Positions 9,882 to 18,684 of a DNA stretch of 64,000 nt are shown here, piece by piece. Source of the stretch: Candidatus Latescibacterota bacterium (GTDB taxonomy: Bacteria; Latescibacterota; UBA2968; GCA-2709665). How positions within the stretch are numbered: the first letter of the stretch is position 1; every line of letters starts with the position of its first letter. The DNA is taken from positions 192,001 to 256,000 of the forward strand of contig CAXXXF010000016.1 in the NCBI GenBank assembly GCA_963667175.2, in the 5' to 3' direction. Position numbers and translations under genes: made by a program. The notes under the pieces were generated by a model. It saw only the letters and a program-made list of their open reading frames with translations, did not search any database and was not told the DNA's origin.

Positions 9882-10005
9882 CGTCCCTCCGATCATACGA
9901 ACGACGTTAAATTGCGGTCATGGAACATCGCGGAAACGACAAGAGTCCAATTAGACTTGATCCAACTCCCTGTTGCACAGATTAATAGATCAATATCCTA
10001 CTTCG

Positions 10006-10623
10006 TTACTCTATATGCCTTCGCACTTCGATGACCTTGCCCAGGACGGAAAACGGTTCTCCTTCCTCGCTGGGGATAATGGATTCGAAGAACTCGTTCT
10101 CCGGATGCAGCTCGATTCGCCCGCCTGTCTCCCGGTATCTTTTGACCGTCGCCTCCTCTCCCACCAGGGCCACGACAATGTCGCCCGATCTGGCCGCCTG
10201 CTGCCGGCGGACAATGACAATATCGCCGTGCAGGATGCCGGCCCTGAGCATGCTGTCCCCCTGGACCGTCAGGGCGAAGAGCTCCCCGCTCTCGTACCGG
10301 GTCTGCTGCACCGGAAGATAGTCTTCCGGATTCTGAATGGCCGCGGTGAGGTCCCCGGCCTGGACCCGCCCCAGCACGGGAATCAGGCGGGACGCACGCA
10401 AGCCGCCCATTTTGGGCAGGCGGTGGGACCTGGCCTTGCCGGAGTCCTTGACCAGCCTGCCCTCCTGAACCAGCGCCTCCAGATGCTGGCGCGCCGACTG
10501 AACCGCCCTGAACCCGAACGCTTTCTGCACCTCTCGCGTGCTGGGCGGGGCGCCGTTGAGGATCCGCTCCCTCACGAACTCGTAGATTTTCTCGCGCGTC
10601 TGACCGGGCGGCGTATAGGCCAT
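10006..10623 (-). CDS. lexA: LexA repressor
   Basis: wHTH PPSTREVQ; Ala-Gly site GRVQAG; catalytic GDSM and ATVKR. Confidence 0.93.
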   Translation of the reverse strand: MAYTPPGQTREKIYEFVRERILNGAPPSTREVQKAFGFRAVQSARQHLEALVQEGRLVKDSGKARSHRLPKMGGLRASRLIPVLGRVQAGDLTAAIQNPEDYLPVQQTRYESGELFALTVQGDSMLRAGILHGDIVIVRRQQAARSGDIVVALVGEEATVKRYRETGGRIELHPENEFFESIIPSEEGEPFSVLGKVIEVRRHIE

Positions 10624-10683
10624 CGTACGGTCCTGAGTTAGATCTTCGACAGGTCGCTGGCAACCGGATGGATTAAAAAAAAC

Positions 10684-10705
10684 AGACAAATATCTGTCTT
10701 GTCAA
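10684..10705 (-). promoter_or_regulatory. lexA -35 box plus palindromic candidate operator AGACA-N6-TGTCT
   Basis: TTGACA (10705-10700) immediately followed by the palindrome at 10684-10699. Confidence 0.6.
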
Positions 10706-10852
10706 GGGAATTCCGGCAGATCTGACGTTCGGTAGGGCAATGAATATGCGCAAACCGACGGGATGAACTGGATTCAGGGCATTGGGGTGGAGTCTGGCTT
10801 GTTTATGTTTCCCAACCCTGCCCCGAAGCCAGGATGACCGTTAGACGGGAAT

Positions 10853-11239
10853 TCAACCGGAATGAGCAGGCGCCGGGCGTTCCGGCAGTTCCTGTTGACG
10901 CGGCCGACGTCTTTCATTGGGTTGAGCGGATCGTCTGACTTCGATATTGCATTCGAGTCTGTCCTGCAGAATGCGGAGGATATGCGTGAGATTATCCATT
11001 GTCGGATTACCTTTTGCCGATAACATACGATGGACACTCTTGCTGGGTTTGTCGAGCTTCTTCGCCAATGATTCGAAGCCGATCGTTGAATTCACGAGTT
11101 CACGAAGAACAAGGCGGGCAGTCTCGGGATCCCCGCTTAGAAATGATGAAATCGCTTCATTCATCAGGGATGAAGCGAAATCCGGGTCTCTTCCCGCCCG
11201 TTCCCTGACAGTCTGCTTGAAATCACGCGTAAGCGCCAT
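10853..11239 (-). CDS. HTH antitoxin / addiction-module antidote protein
   Basis: MALTRDFKQTV...TIGFESLA...KSVHRMLSAKGNPTMDNL; follows a toxin remnant. Confidence 0.85.
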   Translation of the reverse strand: MALTRDFKQTVRERAGRDPDFASSLMNEAISSFLSGDPETARLVLRELVNSTIGFESLAKKLDKPSKSVHRMLSAKGNPTMDNLTHILRILQDRLECNIEVRRSAQPNERRRPRQQELPERPAPAHSG

Positions 11240-11241
11240 AT

Positions 11242-11400
11242 TCAGCTCCTCGATTTTTATTCGCGAATCAGTTCCATTGCTCTTTCAATATCCCGTTGTT
11301 GTCGTTTTTTTGTTCCGCCGCCCAATAACACGACAAGGTCGTCACCATCCTGGAGCAAATAGATTCGATACCCTGGTCCCCAGTCAATCCTGTTATTGAC
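11242..11400 (-). pseudogene. RelE/HigB-type addiction-module toxin remnant
   Basis: Minus strand reads [49 protein letters not shown]; N-terminal half absent. Confidence 0.82.
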
Positions 11401-11414
11401 CCGTTCAATTCAGA

Positions 11415-11444
11415 AACATGGATGAACAGGATACGCAGGATAAA
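11415..11444. repeat. Short 9-nt-period GGAT repeat
   Basis: ATGGATGAA CAGGATACG CAGGATAAA next to the toxin truncation point. Confidence 0.5.
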
Positions 11445-11646
11445 ACCATAAAGCCGGGAGCGCCTTCTCAGGCGTCACCAATCGCGACATGTCCCGCGTC
11501 CCTACCAGCCAGTGAGTGATTAAATCGACAATCCTGATCTCGCGAGAATGAAGCTTGTGGAGAGGGCGGGATGTCCTCGCTCGCGCACAAACGCGGACGT
11601 TGGTGAGATAAAGAAGGCATCGCAGACCCCGTCTCCGGAGGCAGGG

Positions 11647-11676
11647 CGCCTGCAGAGCGGCTTTTTCAACGGACTG
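11647..11676. repeat. Partial terminus of family A element
   Basis: CGCCTGCAGAGCGGCTTTTTCAACGGACTG is nearly the reverse complement of 36257-36285. Confidence 0.75.
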
Positions 11677-11733
11677 TTATGGTGTTGTTTTTATATACAC
11701 TTAAATATCTATTGCGTGCGCAATTGATACGGC

Positions 11734-11762
11734 TTGACCGAAATCCATTCCGCCATTATATT
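11734..11762 (+). promoter_or_regulatory. Sigma70-type promoter of the protease gene
   Basis: TTGACC-17 nt-TATATT in an AT-rich tract. Confidence 0.55.
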
Positions 11763-11899
11763 TCGGTAGTGAAAACGACTCGCTGATGGAATTGTGTCAG
11801 AATCGTCTTCAATCAGGTTAAGGACTTCTTCCTTCCGCACCTGATCATCGGGACTATGGACGCATTCATCAACCAATCGCTACTCGAGGAGATGGCGGC

Positions 11900-12913
11900 A
11901 TGGCGACTCGTGAAGAAGCGGATCTTGCGTTGCAGGCACATCAGGAAACCCTCCTTAAGAATCCCAATGTAGCGTATATCAGCACGGTTGCCCGAAGCCC
12001 CGAAGAAGGGGTCGATCAAAATTACATCATCGAAGTGGGCCTCATGGAAGAGGAATTGGAATTCGACACCGATGTCCGGAGTGATGCGCCGGGACTCCAT
12101 TCAGGATTGGATTTTCCACGGATCCCCAGGTACCTGGAGATACCTCGCAAAGATAGCGCAATGGTGGCGGATGCTCTTCAGGGCGAAAGAACGATCGAAG
12201 TAGAGGTCGTCGTCTGTGGAGACGTCGGCATAGAGTCCTTCCTGTGTAACCGCCGCCCGGCCGAAGGCGGCAATAGCTGTGGTAATCCGAGAAGTAACAG
12301 CGTCGGGACACTTGGGATGGCGTTTCAACTGGATGGAAAGGTCTACGTTCTGTCCAATTGGCATGTTCTCTACGGTAACGGAGGTTCCATCGGCGACCCC
12401 ATCATTCAACCGGGGCGCGGAGACGGCGGTACCGTACCTTCAGATATTATCGCACACAACACCAAAGGATGGTTGGACAGATTCAGGGACGCTGCAATTG
12501 CATCGGTTCGGAATCCCTGGAACTCATTCGTTGCAGCTGGCACGCGCTGTTTTGGTGCGATTGCCGGCTTCGGCACTGCGACGAACAATATGAACGTCAA
12601 CAAATGCGGTCGCACAACGCGGGCGACAAGCGGAGTGGTCCGGTCGACAAACGCGACCGTAAGGGTACGCGGCTATCCAGATGGTAGCCGTGTGTTTTAC
12701 GATCAAATGCAGTTAAGCAGAATGAGCGCCCGTGGCGACTCGGGATCGGTGATTCAGGAGCAACAAGGCAACAGAGTTGTGGGGCTCCTGTTTGCGGGAT
12801 CAAAAAGCTCGACGTTCGCCAATAAAATCGAACGCATATTCAAAACCAGCGGAACGAATGTTGAATACGATGCGGAGACGATTCCGGAGCCAGTACTTGA
12901 TTTACGTGATTAA
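11900..12913 (+). CDS. Trypsin-like (Nal1-type) serine protease
   Basis: GTLG, VLSNWHV (His), DAA (Asp), KCGRTT, GDSGS (Ser), VVGLLFAG; RBS GAGGAG; no signal peptide. Confidence 0.85.
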   Translation: MATREEADLALQAHQETLLKNPNVAYISTVARSPEEGVDQNYIIEVGLMEEELEFDTDVRSDAPGLHSGLDFPRIPRYLEIPRKDSAMVADALQGERTIEVEVVVCGDVGIESFLCNRRPAEGGNSCGNPRSNSVGTLGMAFQLDGKVYVLSNWHVLYGNGGSIGDPIIQPGRGDGGTVPSDIIAHNTKGWLDRFRDAAIASVRNPWNSFVAAGTRCFGAIAGFGTATNNMNVNKCGRTTRATSGVVRSTNATVRVRGYPDGSRVFYDQMQLSRMSARGDSGSVIQEQQGNRVVGLLFAGSKSSTFANKIERIFKTSGTNVEYDAETIPEPVLDLRD

Positions 12914-12945
12914 CCTAAATTCGAAAAAAGACAACCGTTAAATTC

Positions 12946-12972
12946 GCCACAAAACGCACAAAAAGGCACAAA
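12946..12972. repeat. Short CACAAA periodic repeat
   Basis: GCCACAAAAC GCACAAAAAG GCACAAA. Confidence 0.5.
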
Positions 12973-13029
12973 GGGTATCGCTGCGAAACGGACCGGAGAG
13001 GTCGTCCGGAAGGACGTTTATTCCGTCCA

Positions 13030-13476
13030 CGTCCAGTGACCTGAAGCACCCTGAAAATCCGACGTCAAATCGCCTTTATTCACCTGCGTTTATTCGAATG
13101 AACGTTCCCGAAGAAGTAGAGTCGCCGAGCGCAAGTGCCGTGGTCCGCTTCTAAACGAGCCACCACGCCTTACGCATGTTGCGTCAAATACGTTCGGCCG
13201 GCAGGCGTCGTTCTTCCACGCCGACCCGTCTGCCGGCGCGCCTGCATAACTGCCGTACCAGCAGTCTTCCACTAACTCTCCTACGTTCCCGTGCGCGTCA
13301 TATAGACCCCACGCGTTGGCGCTGAACGATCCGACAGGGGCAGGATTCGCATCGTCCCAACGGCTGCCGCACCCGTCGCAATTCGCACGGTTGTTCCCTA
13401 TCTGATTTCCCCAATGAAAAAGCGTCGTAGTCCCGGCGCGCGCTACGTACTTCCACTCCGACTCCCGGGGAAGCCG
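13030..13476 (-). pseudogene. Formylglycine-generating enzyme (SUMF1) domain fragment
   Basis: RLPRESEWKYVARAGTTT...ANCDGCGSRWD...PVGSFSANAWGLYDAHGNVGELVEDCW...VRRGGSF; no start, disrupted C-terminus. Confidence 0.82.
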
Positions 13477-13527
13477 TGTGTCCTGATCGTCGCGCGGAAA
13501 GGTTTCGAAATAGAGCCCGTTCCTTGT

Positions 13528-13555
13528 GTAGGGGCGACCGGCCGGTCGCCCCTCC
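13528..13555. repeat. REP-like palindrome
   Basis: GTAG-GGGCGACCGG-CCGGTCGCCC-CTCC, GTAG-footed perfect hairpin. Confidence 0.75.
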
Positions 13556-13596
13556 GCATCCGTTTATGCACGGAACTTATTGCGGATCTCCAACCC

Positions 13597-15462
13597 CTAT
13601 TCAAAGATCCATGTCCCGAAGTTCTCGAACTCCACGCCCCGGTTGTAACGGGTCTCCGTCCAGGTGCTGAACTCGAGCACCCGGGTCGTCTGGCGGCGGT
13701 GCGTCCACCGGTGCAGGTTGCCAGTGAGCCGGTGGCCCGGCTTCGGCGTCGCCATGCCCAGCTCCGTCCACGGGACGGCGATTTCAGCCGACCAGGAATC
13801 CGCCTGCTTCCGGATCCCGGACCGAAACGCCCCTTTCCAGGTCGAGTCTCTCCCGTAGATCTCCCTCCCGGTGGCGATGTCGCTGCCGTGCTCCCGCAGT
13901 CCGGTTTCGGTCCGGGAATCCCATCGGGCATTCGCCAGATCCAGCCGAATGTGGTAGTAAGCCGTTGGCGCTTCGTCCGCGGCGATGACCACCTCCACCT
14001 GATCGCCGCGGCCTCCGAGTTCGGTGAACAGTGAGGGATGGGTGTGTTGCATTTCCGGCTCGTCACAGCGGAATCCGATGTACAGCGCCGTGTCATCATA
14101 CGTCATGAGCGCCTCGGTACATGTTTCCAGCGTTTTCGCCCGCGCCGCGACGTAGTTGACGAAGGGGCCTGAAGACACCGCCACTTTCCACGCCTCGTCC
14201 GACAGATCCCCGTCGATGTCCGGCGGGGCGGCGCGCAGGCTCGGGATTTGCAGCATCTTCGGTTGAATCGGCCGTTTCTCGGCGTTGGTCTTTCCCAGGT
14301 GGCCTTTCCGGACAATCTCGTCCACGTCGAAGCCAAGCGGCCTGCCCTGCGCGACTTTTTCCTTCGCAGACCTGAGGGCGCCGTCCAGAAAGCCTGGCAG
14401 GTTCCGCCCGTTCCACCAATCCATGCGCTCGCTGTAGAACCACACGTACCGGTCGCTGCTTGTGAGCGCCCGGTAGGCATTGTGCTCCACCCATCGCGCC
14501 CGTTCTTCGGGTGTGACGTAGGTCGCTTCGGTATGGTTCTCCATGGTTCCGCACAGGTAGTCGGCAAAAACGGCGTGCCCGGCCTGGACGTGACGGCGGT
14601 ACTTGCCGCGAAGGTCCCGGGGAATCAGCGCCTGCCCGGTCTGGTGGATGCGATGGTACGCCCGGAAATAGTGCAACTCGCGGTTGTAGTAATAAGATTG
14701 CTCGTCTCCGTCCACAAAAACGGTTCCGGAATCGGCGGCCTCGAGCATCCCGTTCATGAACGCGGGCAGGAGGCCATAGTAATCCGACTTGAGAATGGCT
14801 TCCCTTCGGGACGGGTCGGTCTCCCGCGCGGCCTCCTGGAAACGAGGCATCGAGGTCCAGAAGAGGGTGAGAATCACTGGCTCGGGAAACTCCTCCTCGA
14901 TCCGGTCCATATACTGAGCACCCCGTTTCCGTACAATCCGTTCGTACTCCGCAAAGCTCTTCGCCTCCCGGTGCTTCTGCCACTCATACTTCCACGCGCA
15001 ATACGGCCGCCCCCAGTAGACGAACTCCGGATCGAAGGCGAGTCCCACGCAACCGCCCACCCGTGCGGCCTTCGCGCACCAGCCGATGTTGCGCAGGAAG
15101 GGGCTGTTCTCACCCCACATCGCATCGTCGAACCAATCCACGTTGTCGTCGCAATGAAAATAGATGAAGTTGTCGGTGAACCTCCGCCATTCGATCCTGC
15201 CCATCGTTTCGATCTCCGCCTCGGCGGCCGTATCGGGGAGATCCACCATGTAGAACGTATGACCGAAGGTGGGGCGGATGATGATGCCGTCGAAGGGGCG
15301 CTTCTCGATCTCCCGGATATGCTCCGCCACGTAAGCCGGCGACTTCAGATCCCATCCCAGCTTGATCAGTTTCTTGGGTAACGCCCCGCCGCATGCTTTC
15401 ACCGGCCGGCCGACCAGCAGCACGAAAACCAGCGAACCTGCGATCACTACCAACTGTATCAT
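13597..15462 (-). CDS. Secreted protein with C-terminal CBM9/DOMON-like sugar-binding domain; N-terminal domain possibly a glycoside hydrolase
   Basis: Hydrophobic N-terminus; PDIDGDLSDEAW, YDDTALYIGFRC, WSAEIAVPW. Confidence 0.72.
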   Translation of the reverse strand: MIQLVVIAGSLVFVLLVGRPVKACGGALPKKLIKLGWDLKSPAYVAEHIREIEKRPFDGIIIRPTFGHTFYMVDLPDTAAEAEIETMGRIEWRRFTDNFIYFHCDDNVDWFDDAMWGENSPFLRNIGWCAKAARVGGCVGLAFDPEFVYWGRPYCAWKYEWQKHREAKSFAEYERIVRKRGAQYMDRIEEEFPEPVILTLFWTSMPRFQEAARETDPSRREAILKSDYYGLLPAFMNGMLEAADSGTVFVDGDEQSYYYNRELHYFRAYHRIHQTGQALIPRDLRGKYRRHVQAGHAVFADYLCGTMENHTEATYVTPEERARWVEHNAYRALTSSDRYVWFYSERMDWWNGRNLPGFLDGALRSAKEKVAQGRPLGFDVDEIVRKGHLGKTNAEKRPIQPKMLQIPSLRAAPPDIDGDLSDEAWKVAVSSGPFVNYVAARAKTLETCTEALMTYDDTALYIGFRCDEPEMQHTHPSLFTELGGRGDQVEVVIAADEAPTAYYHIRLDLANARWDSRTETGLREHGSDIATGREIYGRDSTWKGAFRSGIRKQADSWSAEIAVPWTELGMATPKPGHRLTGNLHRWTHRRQTTRVLEFSTWTETRYNRGVEFENFGTWIFE

Positions 15463-15571
15463 GTCGCGCCCTCTGTCTTCCTGCCTGTTGTGCGCGCGAG
15501 AAAGGATGGTCCGCTTCGGTTTCCTCCAGGCGGCGAAACCGCGTCCACCCGCGCATAGGGTGGTTTTCAAA

Positions 15572-15612
15572 CAACAAGGGTTTACGTCGGATTGACATAA
15601 ACCCTTGTTTTA
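15572..15612 (-). terminator. Hairpin downstream of tRNA-Pro(CGG)
   Basis: ACAAGGGTTTACGTC-ggatt-GACATAAACCCTTGT with T-rich flanks. Confidence 0.6.
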
Positions 15613-15616
15613 AAAG

Positions 15617-15693
15617 TGGTCGGGGCGCCCGGATTCGAACCGGGGGCCTCCTGCTCCCGAAGCAGGCGCTCTACCGGACTGAGCCACGCCCCG
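15617..15693 (-). tRNA. tRNA-Pro(CGG)
   Basis: CGGGGCG acceptor stem, CCTGC-TTCGGGA-GCAGG anticodon arm, GGTTCGAATCC, CCA end. Confidence 0.97.
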
Positions 15694-15825
15694 AATTCAC
15701 CAGTAAAAATACAAGAATCCGCTCTGGCAGCAAGGAAATTCTCCAATTCGCCTCTCATGGGCAGGGGGCGAGAAAACGAACACCCCTTCGCCCCGAGCGC
15801 AGCCAAAGCAGTTTGCCCCCGCAAT

Positions 15826-16824
15826 TCAGCGGCGGGTTTCCGCCAGCCGGTCCAGAACGACCACAACCGCGAAACCCACGACGGCCAGTCCCGCGGCGGC
15901 GGCCAGTTCACCGTCGATCGTGCCGGGCAGGACGTTAATCTGCACGAGCGGTACTTCAGTCCCGCTCGCATCCGGATACGGCGTGGCGTTCTCTTTCCAG
16001 GGCCAGATCTTTCGCAATGAACCGGCCATGAACCCTGTCAGCGTTGCAATGGTCAGGTCATGCTGCCGCCTGAAAATCCAGGCAAGAACCCGCGCGAAAC
16101 TCAGGATCCCGACCGTAGCTCCCGCCGCGAATACGACAATGGGAACAACGTCCCTGTTGTTCAACGCCGCCAGGAGATATTCGTATTTTCCCAGCAGCAC
16201 CAGAATGAAGGAACCGGAGACGCCCGGCAGAATCATCGCCGATATGGCGACGAGCCCGCAGACGAAGAGAAACCACGGAGAATCCGGCGTTTTCACCGGC
16301 ACGAGACCGGCGACGACGTAGAATAACGTTCCCGCGGCAAGGGCGGCGACCCAGGTGGGTCCACGCCACGCCACAACCCGTTTCCTCACGACGAATACGG
16401 AGGCGACCACGAGCCCGAAGAAGAATGCCCAGATCAACTCCGGACGATGTTGGAGCATCCACTGAATTCCTCGTGCCAGTGTCACCACGGCCAACAGGAT
16501 GCCAATGAGAACCGGGCCCAGAAATCGCCACGGAACCCTGTTGATGGCTTCGCGGAACTTGAGCACAAGCAGCAACCTGGCAAAACGACGATCAAAGGAA
16601 CGGATCGAACAAATCAACTCCTGGTAGATTCCCGTAACGAACGCGATCGTGCCGCCTGAAACGCCGGGAACCACGTCCGCCGCACCCATACATACGCCCC
16701 GCATGCCAAGTCCCAGATAGTACGTCCAGGCATCGCGCGCAAATGTCGGTCCCTTACTTTCCACCTGTTCCCGGCCTCCAGGAATCCGCCGCTCCAGTTT
16801 CGAGAACTTCAGGCCATTCGACAA
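15826..16824 (-). CDS. DUF368 family membrane protein (undecaprenyl-phosphate translocase family); start uncertain
   Basis: MGAADVVPGVSGGTIA and AMILPGVSGSFIL repeats; GSLRKIWPW. Confidence 0.9.
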   Translation of the reverse strand: MSNGLKFSKLERRIPGGREQVESKGPTFARDAWTYYLGLGMRGVCMGAADVVPGVSGGTIAFVTGIYQELICSIRSFDRRFARLLLVLKFREAINRVPWRFLGPVLIGILLAVVTLARGIQWMLQHRPELIWAFFFGLVVASVFVVRKRVVAWRGPTWVAALAAGTLFYVVAGLVPVKTPDSPWFLFVCGLVAISAMILPGVSGSFILVLLGKYEYLLAALNNRDVVPIVVFAAGATVGILSFARVLAWIFRRQHDLTIATLTGFMAGSLRKIWPWKENATPYPDASGTEVPLVQINVLPGTIDGELAAAAGLAVVGFAVVVVLDRLAETRR

Positions 16825-16857
16825 TGAGGGGCCGGCGGCCCGATGGACTCACCGTAG

Positions 16858-17035
16858 CAGTCCGTTGAAAGAGTCGCTCCGCAGGCGAGGCCGAGCCATT
16901 GTGGCCGAAGACAAGGCGCACGACCGACGCGAATCCCTGGACTCGGGGAGGGAGCGCCTGCCTGCCGCAGGCAGGCAACGCCGTAGTTCGTTCACAAGGG
17001 CCGGACGTAACCCGGATGGACTTTTCAACGGGCTG
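16858..17035. mobile_element. Miniature inverted-repeat element (family A), full copy
   Basis: TIRs CAGTCCGTTGAAAGAGTC / GACTTTTCAACGGGCTG; body shared with the 36257 and 60778 copies. Confidence 0.85.
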
Positions 17036-17060
17036 GTCGGGAAAAACGGTTCGCCATGCG

Positions 17061-17100
17061 AAAAACAGGGACTCACGATCCAGGTCGTAAGTCCCTGTTG
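17061..17100 (-). terminator. Terminator downstream of tRNA-Pro(GGG)
   Basis: AACAGGGACT...AGTCCCTGTT stem followed by a T tract on the minus strand. Confidence 0.65.
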
Positions 17101-17102
17101 TA

Positions 17103-17179
17103 TGGTCGGAGCGACTGGATTTGAACCAGCGACCCCTATCACCCCAAGATAGTGCGCTACCGGGCTGCGCCACGCTCCG
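17103..17179 (-). tRNA. tRNA-Pro(GGG)
   Basis: CGGAGCG acceptor stem, CTATC-TTGGGGT-GATAG anticodon arm, GGTTCAAATCC, CCA end. Confidence 0.97.
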
Positions 17180-17385
17180 ATCTCAACTCGTTTCGCAACG
17201 GGGCAAAAATCTAACGGGTCTTGCCATTTCCGTCAAGGGAAATGTTGCGCGTGAAGCCCGGGCGCCCGGACCCGGCGTCGTGCCCGGGACGCCAGAATCC
17301 CGATCAGGGAACCTGCCGCAGGTCGCCGTCCCGAGAATATTCGGCCGACCGGCAGCCTGTTTCCGGCATAGCACCTCAGCACATT

Positions 17386-18663
17386 TCATTCGGTCTTGTA
17401 ATAGAGAGAATTATAGTACCGCTCGGCAATGACCTTGCAAAGGATATTCACAACGGCCGCCCCGGGAATCGCGATGAGCATGCCAATGAATCCCCAGAAG
17501 TGGGCGCCGACAACCAGGGCGAACATTACCCACACCGGATGCAGCCCCACGCGTTGCCCTACCACGCGTGGAGACAGGAAGTTGCCCTCGATACTTTGCA
17601 CGACGACGAATACGCCAATGACCTTGAACAGGCTGCCGACCGGGTCCACGTCGGACAGCGCAACCAGACACGCAACGCTGAATGCAACCGCAATTCCTAT
17701 GTAGGGAATCAGATTGAAGAGCCCTGCCATGAGTCCCAACAAGACAGCATATCGGATTCCGAATACCATAAGTCCGGTCGCCGTGAGCACCGCGATAAAA
17801 CTGCAGACCAGCACCTGCCCGCGCAGGTATTGGCCCAGAACCTCGTCGACTCGCGTGAGCAACTCGCCGGCGGACGCGGCGTGCCGGCGGGGAAGAATCC
17901 GCGCCAGAGTGTGTTTTATGCGCTCGTAGTCCTTAATCATATAAAAGGTCACGAAGGGAATCATCAGAAGTTCCAGGAACGTCGCCAGTCCGGAACTCAA
18001 TGCCTTTAGCGCGGCCGTCATCTGCTCGGCAAAGAGTTCACCCAACTTCGGCAACTGCTCGAGGAGCACACCTTTGGGCAGCTTCACGCCAAAAGACTGC
18101 AACCAGTTGAGGACTTGATCGTAGAGTGCCTTGAACATCGCCGCATAGACGGGAACACGACGGCCGAAATCGAGAATTTCCTGCGTCACCAGCGGGATGA
18201 CCACAATGCCGATACCTGATAGTGCCGCCAGAATAACCACCACCATCAGGGCGATGGCGATCGTTCGGGACATCCAGCGCTCCAAAAGGCCAACAAGCGG
18301 AGACAGCAAATAAGCCAACACGAACGAGGTTACGAACGGCCAGAATAACCCTGCCATGTCGCCCATCAGCCAGGCGCCGAACAGCAAGACCACCAAAACC
18401 GCCACCCCCGCTTCGAACCTTACCCCCTTGCTGACCATGACTACGACTGCCAGCAGGGTGAGGCCGATCAGGAACGGAGAGAGGTCCTGGTGGAGCACAT
18501 AGAGGAAGCCAACCAGAAACACAAGGATGGCCAGACGGAAAAACGGCCTGTCGCCGGATAACGCGCCGGATAACCGTTCGTCCGCGCCCGAACGCTGATC
18601 CTCCGCATCGTGCCTCGGATCGTCCCCGCTGTGCCCTTGCTGCGTTTTTGATTCCGTTTGCAT
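17386..18663 (-). CDS. AI-2E family transporter
   Basis: LAYLLSPLV, YLRGQ, NLIPYIG, EGNFLSPRVVG, LHPVWV, GMLIAIP. Confidence 0.92.
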   Translation of the reverse strand: MQTESKTQQGHSGDDPRHDAEDQRSGADERLSGALSGDRPFFRLAILVFLVGFLYVLHQDLSPFLIGLTLLAVVVMVSKGVRFEAGVAVLVVLLFGAWLMGDMAGLFWPFVTSFVLAYLLSPLVGLLERWMSRTIAIALMVVVILAALSGIGIVVIPLVTQEILDFGRRVPVYAAMFKALYDQVLNWLQSFGVKLPKGVLLEQLPKLGELFAEQMTAALKALSSGLATFLELLMIPFVTFYMIKDYERIKHTLARILPRRHAASAGELLTRVDEVLGQYLRGQVLVCSFIAVLTATGLMVFGIRYAVLLGLMAGLFNLIPYIGIAVAFSVACLVALSDVDPVGSLFKVIGVFVVVQSIEGNFLSPRVVGQRVGLHPVWVMFALVVGAHFWGFIGMLIAIPGAAVVNILCKVIAERYYNSLYYKTE

Positions 18664-18684
18664 GTCAATGCCCGCAGCCGGCGT

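Noticed and set aside
10700-15617. tRNA-Pro-anchored integrative island
   Set aside because: No integrase and no duplicated tRNA 3' end seen
16849-17173. ORFs spanning the MITE and tRNA, and similar ORFs at 36364-36924, 60192-61091 and 60814-61641
   Set aside because: They are translations of the repeat element with no transposase motifs
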